The position numbers and the translations under genes were made by a program. The notes beneath the pieces were generated by a model, which was not told the DNA's origin, searched no databases, and saw only the letters and a program-made list of their open reading frames with translations. Shown piece after piece: positions 10,726 to 21,004 of a DNA stretch of 64,000 nucleotides. Source of the stretch: an uncultured Gammaproteobacteria bacterium (GTDB lineage Bacteria > Patescibacteriota > Patescibacteriia > Patescibacteriales > UBA12465). The stretch lies in assembly GCA_964473565.1 (NCBI GenBank), contig CAYYPI010000001.1, forward strand, positions 57,854 through 121,853. The letters are read 5' to 3'. Position 1 is the stretch's first letter. Every line of letters starts with the position of its first letter.

Positions 10726-12033
10726 ATGTCAGATCTATCAAGTGCCATACAACAGGTTTGTGATGAGAAAAACCTAGACTATGATATGGTGGTCTCAGCT
10801 ATTGAGATGTCTTTAGCTGCTGCCTATCGTAAAGATTATGGTGAAAAAAATCAAAACATTAAAGTAGAATTTGATCCTAAAACAGGAAAGTCTAAAATAT
10901 TTGATGTAAAAGAAGTTGTAGAGGATGTACCAGAAGAAGTTTTAGAAGAAATGAGACAAAGAGAAGAAGAGGCTAAAGAAAGAAGAGAAAGAAGAGCTCA
11001 AGGTAAGCCAGAGGAAAAGAAAGTTGAAGAAAAAAAACCTGAACTGAAAGAAGGTGAAGCTGAAGAAGAGGTAAGAAGGTTTAACCCTAGAACAGAAATA
11101 CAACTTAGTGAAGCTCAGATTTTAAAGTCTGGCGCTAAAGTAGGTGATGAAATAGTTACCGAGCTCCCTATCCCTGAAGAGTATGGCAGAATGGCTGCCC
11201 AAACTGCTAAGCAGGTAATCGTGCAAAAACTTAGAGAGATAGAAAGAGATATGATCTTCAATGAGTTTAAAGGTAAAGAAGGTGAGGTGGTTAGCGGTGT
11301 AGTGCAACGCAGAGAACCTAGGTTTGTGCTAGTTGATTTAGGAAAAGCTGCTGGTTATTTGTCTCATGATGAACAAATTCCACACGAACAATATAATTCA
11401 GGCGAAAGAATTAAAGTATATATTAAAGAAGTAAAGTTAGGACCTAAAGGGGCTGAGATAATTCTTTCTAGAAAATCAGAAGAGATTTTAAAGAAAGTCT
11501 TTTATCTTGAAATCCCTGAAATTTCTAATGGTTTAATTGAAATTAAAGGAGTAGCTAGAGAAGCTGGTTCTAGATCTAAGGTAGCGATATATACTGAAGC
11601 AGAAAATGTTGATCCAGTGGGTTCATGTGTAGGGCAACGTGGTGCTAGAATTCAGACAATTATTAATGAACTAGGAGGAGAAAAGGTAGATATTATTGAA
11701 TATGATGAAGATCCTAAGAAGTTTATCTCCAACTCTCTTTCACCTGCTCAAACAATAGAGATTGATTTAAATGAAGAAGAAAGAAAAGCAGTGGTAAAGG
11801 TAGCAGAGGATAAGTTGTCACTGGCTATTGGAAAAAATGGTCAAAATGTACGTTTAGCTGCTCATTTAACTGGTTGGAAAATTGATATTATTGCTGAAGG
11901 CGCTGAGATAAGTGAGGAAGCTGTAGAGGCATCAGCTACGCCTGAAGATGTAAAGAAGGATAAAGAGGACTTAGAAGAGGTAGTAGATGAAAAAGAAGAG
12001 ACTAAAGAAGAAGAGAAAAAGGAAGATAAATAA
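10726..12033 (+). CDS. nusA: transcription termination/antitermination factor NusA
   Basis: NusA N-terminal domain, S1 and two KH domains; charged insertion in NTD and K/E-rich C-terminal tail. Confidence 0.85.
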   Translation: MSDLSSAIQQVCDEKNLDYDMVVSAIEMSLAAAYRKDYGEKNQNIKVEFDPKTGKSKIFDVKEVVEDVPEEVLEEMRQREEEAKERRERRAQGKPEEKKVEEKKPELKEGEAEEEVRRFNPRTEIQLSEAQILKSGAKVGDEIVTELPIPEEYGRMAAQTAKQVIVQKLREIERDMIFNEFKGKEGEVVSGVVQRREPRFVLVDLGKAAGYLSHDEQIPHEQYNSGERIKVYIKEVKLGPKGAEIILSRKSEEILKKVFYLEIPEISNGLIEIKGVAREAGSRSKVAIYTEAENVDPVGSCVGQRGARIQTIINELGGEKVDIIEYDEDPKKFISNSLSPAQTIEIDLNEEERKAVVKVAEDKLSLAIGKNGQNVRLAAHLTGWKIDIIAEGAEISEEAVEASATPEDVKKDKEDLEEVVDEKEETKEEEKKEDK

Positions 12034-12121
12034 TCTAAATACTTAAAATAGATTAACAAGCTTTAAGCTTATTAAAGAAATTAAACTTAGATATTAAATA
12101 ATAAATTAATTAAGAAAAAGT

Positions 12122-14104
12122 ATGGAAAGCACTTATTTTATTATTGGTAGCGCAATTCTGGCATTAATATATGGAGTTGTTGCTATCAAATCAATTTTAA
12201 AATTACCTACTGGTAATGAGAAAATGCTTAGCATTGCTAAAGCTATTCAAGATGGAGCTAGAGCTTTTTTATCTAGACAATACAAAACTGTAGCAATGGT
12301 ATCAATCGTAGTATTTTTAATTATTGGTCCAACTTTAGGCTGGTTAACTGCTTGGGCTTTTCTAGCCGGTGCAGTTTTTTCAGGTTTAGCAGGATACATT
12401 GGTATGCATGTAAGTGTACGTGCTAATGTTAGAACTGCTGAAGCTTCTAGAACAGGCTTAAAACAAGGTTTAGCTGTAGCAGTTAAAGGTGGTAGTATTA
12501 CTGGAATGTTAGTGGTAGGTTTAGCCCTGCTTGGTACTGCCGGTTTTTACTTTTTAACTAAAGACTTAAGTGCTTTAATTGGTTTTAGTTTTGGTGGTTC
12601 TCTTATTTCTATCTTTGCCAGACTTGGTGGTGGAATTTATACAAAAGCAGCTGATGTAGGAGCTGACTTGGTAGGAAAGATTGAAGCTGATATTCCTGAA
12701 GATGACCCTAGAAACCCAGCTGTAATTGCTGATAATGTTGGTGATAATGTGGGTGACTGCGCTGGTATGGCAGCAGATCTTTTTGAAACATATGCTGTAA
12801 CTTCAATTGCTGCTATGATTTTAGGTTCTCTTACCTTTGTTGGTAATGAAAATGTTATTGTATACCCATTAGCTATTGGAGCAGTTTCAATTGTAGCTTC
12901 AATTATTGGTATTTTCTTTATTAAACTAGGAAAGAAACAAAACATTATGAAAGCTTTGTATAAAGGCTTAATTGCAGCAGGACTTCTTTCAGCTATTGGT
13001 TTCTATCCTCTAACACAATATTTCTTTGCAGATAATGCAGTGTATTCAGTAATGAATGTTTATTTAGCAGCACTAATTGGTTTGGTTGTTACAGCGCTAC
13101 TAGTAGTCATTACAGAATACTATACTTCAACTAAATATAGTCCAGTTAAAAGTATTGCCAAGGCTTCTGAAACAGGGCATGGTACTAATGTTATTGCTGG
13201 TTTAGCAGTGTCACTACAGTCAACACTCTGGCCTGTATTAGTAATTGTGGCAGCTATTATTGGTTCATACTCACTTCTTGGTTTATATGGTGTAGCTATT
13301 TCAGCTATTTCAATGCTATCTTTAACAGGTATTATTGTAGCTTTAGATTCATATGGTCCAATTACAGATAATGCCGGTGGTATTGCTGAGATGGCAGAGA
13401 TGGGTGAAGATGTGCGTGAAAAAACAGATGCTTTAGATGCTGTTGGTAATACTACTAAAGCGGTAACAAAAGGTTATGCTATTGGTAGTGCAGCCTTAGC
13501 AGCTTTAGTGTTGTTTGCTGACTATACTCACAGTATTGGTGATAATGTAGTCTTTTTAATTAACGATCCTTATGTACTTTCAGGACTATTTATTGGTGGT
13601 CTTCTGCCTTTCTATTTCGCTGCTCTAACTATGAAATCAGTGGGTAAGGCAGCTGGATCTGTGGTAACCGATGTAAGGAAACAATTTAGTGAAAAACCTG
13701 GCATTATGCAGGGCCTAGAAAAACCTAATTATGGTAGAACTGTTGACATTGTTACTAAGTCTGCTATTAAAGAGATGGTAATCCCCGCACTTATTCCAGT
13801 GCTTGCTCCAATAGTTGTAGGAGTAGTTCTAGGTGTTGAAGCTTTAGGAGGATTACTAGTTGGTTCAATTGTTACTGGTATTTTTGTAGCAATCTCTATG
13901 ACCTCAGGTGGTGGTGCTTGGGATAATGCTAAGAAATACATTGAAGATGGCCACTTTGGTGGCAAGGGTTCAGAAGCTCATAAAGCAGCTATAACTGGTG
14001 ATACAGTTGGTGATCCATATAAGGATACTGCTGGCCCAGCTATTAACCCAATGATTAAGATATTAAACATTGTAGCCCTACTGATCGTAGGTTTGCTACT
14101 GTAA
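12122..14104 (+). CDS. hppA: membrane-bound proton/sodium-translocating pyrophosphatase
   Basis: 660 aa polytopic; hallmark motif [18 protein letters not shown]. Confidence 0.9.
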   Translation: MESTYFIIGSAILALIYGVVAIKSILKLPTGNEKMLSIAKAIQDGARAFLSRQYKTVAMVSIVVFLIIGPTLGWLTAWAFLAGAVFSGLAGYIGMHVSVRANVRTAEASRTGLKQGLAVAVKGGSITGMLVVGLALLGTAGFYFLTKDLSALIGFSFGGSLISIFARLGGGIYTKAADVGADLVGKIEADIPEDDPRNPAVIADNVGDNVGDCAGMAADLFETYAVTSIAAMILGSLTFVGNENVIVYPLAIGAVSIVASIIGIFFIKLGKKQNIMKALYKGLIAAGLLSAIGFYPLTQYFFADNAVYSVMNVYLAALIGLVVTALLVVITEYYTSTKYSPVKSIAKASETGHGTNVIAGLAVSLQSTLWPVLVIVAAIIGSYSLLGLYGVAISAISMLSLTGIIVALDSYGPITDNAGGIAEMAEMGEDVREKTDALDAVGNTTKAVTKGYAIGSAALAALVLFADYTHSIGDNVVFLINDPYVLSGLFIGGLLPFYFAALTMKSVGKAAGSVVTDVRKQFSEKPGIMQGLEKPNYGRTVDIVTKSAIKEMVIPALIPVLAPIVVGVVLGVEALGGLLVGSIVTGIFVAISMTSGGGAWDNAKKYIEDGHFGGKGSEAHKAAITGDTVGDPYKDTAGPAINPMIKILNIVALLIVGLLL

Positions 14105-14119
14105 TAATAACTATTTTTT

Positions 14120-15409
14120 ATGGAAACTAAGACACAAAAATTAGAAAAATCACAAGTTAAAATAACAGTTACCCTTCCTTGGGGTGATGTAGAAAAATAT
14201 CAAGAACAAGGAGCTCAAGAATTAGCTAAGAAGGTAAAGATTGAAGGTTTTAGACCTGGTAAGGTTCCTATGGATGTGTTAAAGCAGAAAGTAGGAGAAA
14301 TGGCTATTTTAGAAGAAGCTGCCTATATTGCTATTAACAAAACTATGGTGGAAGCAATTGAGAAGGCTCTACCTGAAGATCAGGCTATTGGTCAGCCAAA
14401 GGTTAATATTAATAAATTAACCACTGGCAGTGATTTAGAGTATCAAATTGAAATAGCTCTACTTCCAAAAACTGAAGTTAAAAAGTATAAAGATTTAGCT
14501 ATTGAAAAAGAAAAAGTTGAGATTAATGATAAAGAAATGGAAAGAACCTTGAAACAGCTAGCTGATATGAGAACGCAGGAAAAGATTGTTGAACGTGAAG
14601 TAAAAGACGGTGATAAAGTTTTAGCAGACATTGAAATGTTTCAAGATAATGTACCGGTTGAAGGAGGACAAAGCAAAGACGCCCCTATTATTATGGGTCA
14701 AGATGCTTTTATCCCTGGACTTGATAAAAAATTACTTGGAGCTAAAAAAGGTGAAAGCAGAGATTTTACCCTACCATTCCCTCCTAATCATCACCAAAAG
14801 AACTTAGCAGGTCAAAAAGTTGATTTTAAGGTAAAGATAAAGGATGTATATGAAAGACAGGTACCTGAAATTAATGATGAGTTTGCTCAAGGCTTTCAAT
14901 TTAAGAACCTTAAAGACTTAAAGGATAATTTGGGACAAAACATTAAGGCTGAGAAAGAGCAGAAAAATGAACAGAAAACAGAAATAAAGATTTTAGAGGA
15001 AATCATGAAAAATACAAACTTTGGTGATCTTCCTGATGTTTTAATTGAGAATGAAACTAAAAATATGATGGCTGAAATTAAGCAATCTGTTGAAAAACAA
15101 GGTGGGAAGTTTGAGGATTATTTGCAAAGCCTTGGTAAAAATGAAGAGCAAATTAAAGCAGATTTATTACCTGAAGCTACTAAAAGAATAAAGATTGCTT
15201 TGATTATTAAAGAAATTTCTAAGAAAGAAGATATTGAAGCTACTGAAAAAGAAGTAGCAGATAAGGTTGAAGAAATTAAAAAGCAGCATGCAGATAATAA
15301 AGAGGTGCAAGAGATGGTTAAAAGTGAAGAATATGCTAATTACGTTAAAAATCTTTTAACTAATCAGAAGGTAGTAGCTAAATTAAAAGAGTGGAATACT
15401 AAGAAATAA
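14120..15409 (+). CDS. tig: trigger factor
   Basis: 429 aa; N-terminal GFRPGKVP motif, FKBP-like middle domain. Confidence 0.8.
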   Translation: METKTQKLEKSQVKITVTLPWGDVEKYQEQGAQELAKKVKIEGFRPGKVPMDVLKQKVGEMAILEEAAYIAINKTMVEAIEKALPEDQAIGQPKVNINKLTTGSDLEYQIEIALLPKTEVKKYKDLAIEKEKVEINDKEMERTLKQLADMRTQEKIVEREVKDGDKVLADIEMFQDNVPVEGGQSKDAPIIMGQDAFIPGLDKKLLGAKKGESRDFTLPFPPNHHQKNLAGQKVDFKVKIKDVYERQVPEINDEFAQGFQFKNLKDLKDNLGQNIKAEKEQKNEQKTEIKILEEIMKNTNFGDLPDVLIENETKNMMAEIKQSVEKQGGKFEDYLQSLGKNEEQIKADLLPEATKRIKIALIIKEISKKEDIEATEKEVADKVEEIKKQHADNKEVQEMVKSEEYANYVKNLLTNQKVVAKLKEWNTKK

Positions 15410-15413
15410 TTAT

Positions 15414-15887
15414 ATGGGCACTTTGGCCTTTAATAGGCAAGCTAAAAGAGAGTATGAAATCTTAAAAACCTATGAAGCCGGGATGGTTTTAAAGGGTTAT
15501 GAGGTAAAGTCTGTTAAAAATGGCCAAATCAATTTAAAAGGTAGCTATATTGTTATTAAAAGAATAGAAGGTAAGAAAGATAAAGCTCTAGCTCCCTTTT
15601 TAGTTAAAGCTCACATACCTATATACAAGCCTGCCGGACAGAAAGATGAATATGACCCCTATAGAGATAGGCAATTACTATTAAATAGAGATGAAATTAA
15701 TCAGTTGATTGGTAAGTCGCAGGAGGCGGGCTTGACACTTATTCCCTTAAAAGTTTATACTAAGCATAACCTTTTAAAGTTAGAAATTGGCGTAGGTAGA
15801 GGAAAAAAGAAAGTAGATAAAAGGGAGGATATTAAAAAGAGAGATTTAGATAGAAGAATTAATGCTCTTAAAAAAAGAAGATTTTAA
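15414..15887 (+). CDS. smpB: SsrA-binding protein SmpB
   Basis: 157 aa; NRQAKREYEILKTYEAGMVLKGYEVKS N-terminal signature. Confidence 0.9.
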   Translation: MGTLAFNRQAKREYEILKTYEAGMVLKGYEVKSVKNGQINLKGSYIVIKRIEGKKDKALAPFLVKAHIPIYKPAGQKDEYDPYRDRQLLLNRDEINQLIGKSQEAGLTLIPLKVYTKHNLLKLEIGVGRGKKKVDKREDIKKRDLDRRINALKKRRF

Positions 15888-15893
15888 TATTTG

Positions 15894-16275
15894 GGGATGA
15901 CCGGCATCGATAGCAAGAGTCCCTTAAATATTCAGAGCGTGTCTGAGTGTACACGTAAATACCACTCAAAATTATAATTGCAAACAAACTTGCAAGCAAA
16001 GCTACTTTCGCATGGAAAGTTCCTAGCTTTGCACCTGTTGCTGCTTAAATAGCATGCAACCATCTGTCCAGCTAGCTCCGAGCTGGGTCACAGGTGTCAT
16101 CAGGAGCTCGACTTTAAGTTTTTGCTTTTAGGCTTAAGGTTTTAAACAAATAAAAGCTAGAAGTGCTTGGTTTCGTTTAGCTTAGACAAGTACTTTGAAA
16201 CCTTCAAGCTAAACTATCTCTGTAAAGTTATTTAAGAAGCCTTGTTAGACGCGGGTTCAATTCCCGCCATCTCCA
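15894..16275 (+). ncRNA. ssrA: tmRNA (SsrA)
   Basis: Starts GGGGATG, ends with tRNA-like T-arm GGTTCAATTCCCGCC and acceptor CATCTCCA pairing with 5' end; internal tag reading frame GCA AAC AAA ... GCT GCT TAA (…FAPVAA*); immediately downstream of smpB. Confidence 0.8.
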
Positions 16276-16342
16276 CATTTCTTAAAATCAAATTACTTAA
16301 AGTATTATATTATTTCCTTAAATAATATAATTTTTATATATA

Positions 16343-16426
16343 GCTGCGGTGGCGGAACTGGTAGACGCGTTGGACTTAAAATCCAATGGTAGCGATACCG
16401 TGGGAGTTCAAGTCTCCCCCGCAGCA
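16343..16426 (+). tRNA. tRNA-Leu (anticodon TAA), class II with long variable arm
   Basis: acceptor GCTGCGG/CCGCAGC, anticodon loop CTTAAAA, long variable arm, T-loop TTCAAGT. Confidence 0.8.
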
Positions 16427-16808
16427 CTAAAAAAACTGTGTTTGTCACAGTTTTTTTGTTTATACCCTTTACAAAACAAAAAAAATAAGCTAATATAATT
16501 TTAAGATCTTTAAACTATTACATAAAAAATATTATATACTTTTTAAAGTGATAATTACTAATTATATTTCATTTCTATTTATAGATCTGAAGCTAGTTTT
16601 TAAATTGAATTGTTAATTTGATTGATTGATTGTATTCGTTAAAAACTATCATTTGTTTTCATGGTTTACTAAATTGTGTTGTCTTTGTTCATTTACTTTT
16701 TAAAGTTGTATGGGGTTAGCTATTATAGTTAACCCCTTTTTTTCTTTTCTTGACTAAAGATTCCAGATTATATACAATATATTTGCTTTGAAAGAAGTTT
16801 TTTTATTT

Positions 16809-16880
16809 GCGGGTATCGTATAATGGCTATTACATTACCTTGCCAAGGTAGAGATACGGGTTCGATTCCCGTTACCCGCT
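16809..16880 (+). tRNA. tRNA-Gly (anticodon GCC), U73 discriminator
   Basis: acceptor GCGGGTA/TACCCGC, anticodon loop TTGCCAA, T-arm ACGGGTTCGATTCCCGT. Confidence 0.85.
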
Positions 16881-16900
16881 CACTGAATTATCGCAAGAAG

Positions 16901-16926
16901 CAGAGTTTAAAAGCTCTGTTTTTTTG
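16901..16926 (+). terminator. rho-independent terminator after tRNA-Gly
   Basis: cagagtttaaaagctctg hairpin followed by T7. Confidence 0.4.
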
Positions 16927-17127
16927 TTTTTTATGTTTATAACAAACTAAAATATTTTAATTAAAAGCAATAAATACAACCATAGTAAAAAAGAGGTTAT
17001 AAAAGTTAAAGCTAATATTTGAGGTTAACTCTATAATATAGCAATCTAAGAGAAAAAAATTTGTGAATTTGGATTTATTTTAAAGAAATTTTAAAGAAAA
17101 TTGTGTTAACTTATGTTAAAATTTGAA

Positions 17128-17156
17128 TTGACTCTAAGGCAGTAAAAGAGTAAAAT
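17128..17156 (+). promoter_or_regulatory. sigma70-like promoter of the R-M/AIPR operon
   Basis: TTGACT - 17 nt - TAAAAT, about 30 nt upstream of the methyltransferase ATG; a related sequence recurs upstream of the RhuM gene (22319-22362). Confidence 0.4.
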
Positions 17157-17187
17157 TAAATTAATAAAGTAATTTATAGAAATTATT

Positions 17188-18006
17188 ATGAAACCATATT
17201 TTAAAGATAAAAACTTTTCATTATATTTAGCTGACTCAACTAAATTTTTAAATGAAAATATAAAAGAAAATTCAGTTGACATGATATTTGCTGATCCGCC
17301 ATACTTCTTGTCTAATGGCGGATTTTCTGTTCACGCTGGAAAAAGAGTAAGTGTAGATAAAGGACAGTGGGATATAAGCAATGGATTAAAAAAAGACTTT
17401 GAATTTCATATAGAATGGATTAAACAATGTCATAGAGTTTTAAAACCAGGAGGAACTATTTGGATTTCTGGAACATATCACTCTATTTATCAGTGTGGCT
17501 TTGCTTTACAGGTTAATAAGTTTCATATTTTAAACGATATTGCTTGGTTTAAGCCTAATGCTTCACCTAATTTAAGTTGTCGTTTTTTTACTGCTAGTCA
17601 TGAAACACTTATTTGGGCTAGAAAAGAATTAAGTCATCCTAAAACTGGAAAAGCAGTAAAACAAAAACATAAGTTTAATTACGATTTAATGAAAAACGGT
17701 CATTGGCCAGAAGATTTTATTAAAAAACCAGGACTACAAATGAGAAGTGTTTGGTCCATGGGAACACCTAAACCAATAGAGAAAAAGCATGGCAAACACC
17801 CCACTCAAAAACCAATTGATCTTTTGGTTAGAATAATTATGGCTAGCACTGACAAAGGTGATACTGTTTTAGATCCTTTTACAGGTTCTTCAACAACGGG
17901 ATTAGCTTCTTATTTGAATGGCAGAAAGTTTATTGGTGTTGATTTGGAAAAGAAATACTTGGATTTATCTGTTAAAAGATTAAAAGATATTAAAAACAGT
18001 AAATAA
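17188..18006 (+). CDS. beta-class N6-adenine DNA methyltransferase, DpnA (M2.DpnII)-like, probable GATC specificity
   Basis: motif IV DPPY (MIFADPPYFLSNGG) preceding motif I (LDPFTGSSTTG); extensive similarity by recall to S. pneumoniae DpnA (VSVDKGxWD, PNLSCRxFT, GKHPTQKP, RFIGID). Confidence 0.85.
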   Translation: MKPYFKDKNFSLYLADSTKFLNENIKENSVDMIFADPPYFLSNGGFSVHAGKRVSVDKGQWDISNGLKKDFEFHIEWIKQCHRVLKPGGTIWISGTYHSIYQCGFALQVNKFHILNDIAWFKPNASPNLSCRFFTASHETLIWARKELSHPKTGKAVKQKHKFNYDLMKNGHWPEDFIKKPGLQMRSVWSMGTPKPIEKKHGKHPTQKPIDLLVRIIMASTDKGDTVLDPFTGSSTTGLASYLNGRKFIGVDLEKKYLDLSVKRLKDIKNSK

Positions 18007-18007
18007 T

Positions 18008-18925
18008 ATGAAATTTTTAGATTTTTATAAAAACAAGTTAAATTGCAAAACAGAAGATGAGGTTTTTAATTATTTAATTTCAAATTTACAAACATCAATC
18101 TCAGATTGGAGTTTTTTTGTTGACTGGGAAAAAGTTAAAAATCATATTTCTAATATTGAGACAGAATTAAATATATTAAATTCAGTTTTAGGTAAAAGCG
18201 ATTTAGATAATAAGTTTATTCAGATTATAAAAGAATATCCAAAAACTAAAAAGGCTTTATTAATTTTAATTGCAGTTAGGCACGAAAAATTAAAAGAAAG
18301 ACCAATATTAAATTTTAACGATGGCTTGAATGTTGAAGTTAAAGATTATATTTTTGATATAAAAAAAGAATTAACTCCAAAAATACAAAAGGAGTTATTA
18401 AGATTTTTTCACGAGAGTGGATTAAAAAGGATTTTTTATGATAAAAATATTAAAAATTTAGTTGATTATTGTTTTGGAGTTGAAGTTGGTATGGATACTA
18501 ATGCTAGAAAAAATAGGGGTGGTCATAATATGGAAGACATAGTCGAAGACTTTATTAAGAATATTTGTAAGAAAAATAATTATAAATATTTGAAAGAAGC
18601 AACTTCTGAAAAAATTAAAAAGGAATGGGGTTATGATGTTCCAGTTGATAAATCATCTAGAAGATACGATTTTGTAGTAGATAACGGAAAAGAGTTGTTT
18701 ATATTTGAAACTAATTTTTATGGTGGTGGTGGCTCTAAACTCAAATCAACTGCTGGTGAATATAGAAATTTATTTGATGTTTTGAAAGGAAAATATAAAT
18801 TTATTTGGATAACTGACGGATTAGGCTGGAAAACGACTGCTAAGCCGTTAAGAGAGACTTTTAATCATAATGATTATTTGTTTAATTTATCTATGTTAGA
18901 AAATAATATTTTAAATTTTTTATAA
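18008..18925 (+). CDS. type II restriction endonuclease, DpnII/MboI family (GATC)
   Basis: 305 aa; motifs VDYxxGVEVGMDTNxRKNR, NFYGGGGSKLKSTAGEY, FIWITDGxGW, LRETF, LENNIL recalled from R.DpnII; 2-nt gap to methyltransferase. Confidence 0.7.
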   Translation: MKFLDFYKNKLNCKTEDEVFNYLISNLQTSISDWSFFVDWEKVKNHISNIETELNILNSVLGKSDLDNKFIQIIKEYPKTKKALLILIAVRHEKLKERPILNFNDGLNVEVKDYIFDIKKELTPKIQKELLRFFHESGLKRIFYDKNIKNLVDYCFGVEVGMDTNARKNRGGHNMEDIVEDFIKNICKKNNYKYLKEATSEKIKKEWGYDVPVDKSSRRYDFVVDNGKELFIFETNFYGGGGSKLKSTAGEYRNLFDVLKGKYKFIWITDGLGWKTTAKPLRETFNHNDYLFNLSMLENNILNFL

Positions 18926-18928
18926 ATT

Positions 18929-20647
18929 ATGACTAGAATAGATCAATCCTCTAATCAAGATTACCATTTAGTCAAAATTAAAACTCAAGAAACAGTAAAT
19001 AAGTTAGGGAGTGTTTATGGATTCTCCGAAAATTCTATTGGCTTTGAATTTTTAGTACTTTCAAAAATATTTAAAAGGCAAGAAGATGAAATTATAGAAG
19101 ATATTACAGATTCTGTTTTTTTGAATAAATTATATAATCAGGATAGTGGCCCAGATAGAGGCATAGACGCTTTAATAATTGATAATGAAAAAAATATAAT
19201 TCATTTATTTAATTTTAAGTATACAGAAATTATTTTTAATAGAGTAAAAGAAAAAAATTTTCCTGGAAATGAAGTAAATGAGATAACTGTTTTCTTGAAG
19301 AATTTATATGAGAAAGAAGAGTCTTCTTTTTCGGGCAACTCGGCTAATAATAGATTAGAAGAAAAAGTAAAAGAAATTTGGAAAAAGCAAGAGGAAGGGG
19401 TAATCTTTACAATTGAAATCCATTTTGTCGCCAATTTGTTTAAAGGGTTAGCCGACCAAGAAGAACAAAGGCTTGTTTCTGAATTAAAAAATTACAGAAG
19501 CGATGTTTCTTTTAATTATATTTTAACTAGAGATATTGTAGACATTTTAATTAGCAGATCAGAAAAAATAGATTGCAAATTTAAAGCATTATCAAAAAAT
19601 TTTTTTGATAAAACAGAAGGCGGTAATAGAGCTTTAATACTAGAAATGTCAGCTTTAGACTTATTAAAAATTACAACTAATAATTTAGGATTAAGAAATA
19701 AAATTGATTTTGAAGATGAAGAAATAACTAATTCAAGTATAGAGGAAAATATTTTTGGTGATAATGTTAGAGTGTATTTAAAACAAAGAACAAATATTAA
19801 CAGGAATATTAAAGAAACGGTTCTTAATGATGAAGAAAAACCAAATATATTTTTTTATAATAATGGCATTACTATAACCTGCGATCACATAAAATATCAA
19901 GGACAAAGAAATCAAACTATTACATTAGAAAACTTTCAAATTGTTAATGGCGGCCAAACAGTGCATGCTTTGAGAGCAGCTTTTGAAGAAAATAGTGATA
20001 ATTTTGAAGAAATAACAATTTTGTGTAAAATTTATGAAACAGATAATCCTAATTTTAAAAGTAAAATAGCAGAATATACTAATAGTCAAAACCCAGTAAA
20101 AGATCGTGATATAAGGTCAATAGATCTTGTGCAAATCAAATTAGAAGAAGAGTTTAGGGATCTGGGATATTTTTACGAAAGAAAAAAAAGTCAATACGAG
20201 AATGAGAATAGAGATAAAAAAATAGATTCAGAAAAATTAGGACAATCTCTTTTGGCGTTCAACATAGAAATGCCGGCAGAGGCAAAAGATAAAAAAAGAA
20301 TAATATTTAGTGACAAATATGACGAAATTTTTAACGATACTTTATTAGCAAAAGACGCTTTAATTGTATTTAATCTTTATAAAGAAATTGAAATAAAAAA
20401 AATAAAAAATAAAAAGGAAAAACCCTATTTAATGCATGCAACATATTATATTATGTTTTTTATTAAAAGATTATATCAAGCAAAAAAGAAAAAACCATCT
20501 AATTTAATTGATCTATATGATGAGGCTATAGAAAAAATTGAAATAATTATAAAAAAAGAAAAAGAAAGGCTGGGAGAGGATTATCTAGATGCTGTCTTGT
20601 TTAAATCAAATAGACCTAAAGATTATTTAACAGAATTAAGTATGTAA
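18929..20647 (+). CDS. AIPR-family abortive-infection protein (N-terminal PD-(D/E)xK-like region + AIPR C-terminal domain)
   Basis: 572 aa; conserved IVNGGQTVHAL and FFYNNGITITCD motifs reminiscent of AIPR (PF10592); 3-nt gap to the endonuclease gene. Confidence 0.55.
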   Translation: MTRIDQSSNQDYHLVKIKTQETVNKLGSVYGFSENSIGFEFLVLSKIFKRQEDEIIEDITDSVFLNKLYNQDSGPDRGIDALIIDNEKNIIHLFNFKYTEIIFNRVKEKNFPGNEVNEITVFLKNLYEKEESSFSGNSANNRLEEKVKEIWKKQEEGVIFTIEIHFVANLFKGLADQEEQRLVSELKNYRSDVSFNYILTRDIVDILISRSEKIDCKFKALSKNFFDKTEGGNRALILEMSALDLLKITTNNLGLRNKIDFEDEEITNSSIEENIFGDNVRVYLKQRTNINRNIKETVLNDEEKPNIFFYNNGITITCDHIKYQGQRNQTITLENFQIVNGGQTVHALRAAFEENSDNFEEITILCKIYETDNPNFKSKIAEYTNSQNPVKDRDIRSIDLVQIKLEEEFRDLGYFYERKKSQYENENRDKKIDSEKLGQSLLAFNIEMPAEAKDKKRIIFSDKYDEIFNDTLLAKDALIVFNLYKEIEIKKIKNKKEKPYLMHATYYIMFFIKRLYQAKKKKPSNLIDLYDEAIEKIEIIIKKEKERLGEDYLDAVLFKSNRPKDYLTELSM

Positions 20648-20825
20648 AATTAAACTTACCACCAACCACTGTATTGCCCCGCTAAAAGCGTTGACCATAT
20701 GTTGTCCAAATGGTGATAAAAGTAGATATATTGAGTAGTTTTAGATAACTAAGATTAAACAATAATTACCTAATAATAGACAATAATTTGCATATACGGT
20801 GTTATTGTCTTTTTTGTTTCTCCGT

Positions 20826-20847
20826 TTCGATTCCCGTTACCCGCTCA
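20826..20847 (+). repeat. 22-nt exact direct repeat of tRNA-Gly 3' end (att-like)
   Basis: ttcgattcccgttacccgctca identical to 16861-16882. Confidence 0.8.
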
Positions 20848-20857
20848 AAGATACAAA

Positions 20858-20884
20858 AACAACCTCGAGAAAGGTTGTTTTTGT
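20858..20884 (+). terminator. rho-independent terminator
   Basis: aacaacctcgagaaaggttgtt hairpin + T5. Confidence 0.45.
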
Positions 20885-21004
20885 TAGGTAAAGTTTGACT
20901 ATTATCTATTTAGGGATGAATTCAAAAAGTTAGTATATTTGTTTGACAAGATATATACTAAGTTATAAGATAGTATATATAATAAAAAAGATAACAACTA
21001 ACTT

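Noticed and set aside
11122-14631. Antisense ORFs within nusA, hppA and tig (11122-11307, 11862-12059, 12637-12945, 13729-13965, 14443-14631)
   Set aside because: Embedded in well-supported genes; compositionally biased (Ser/Ala/Pro runs), as expected from antisense of KE-rich or GC-richer coding sequence.
16610-16632. (gattg)n microsatellite between the two tRNAs
   Set aside because: Only about 3-4 units; likely insignificant simple sequence.
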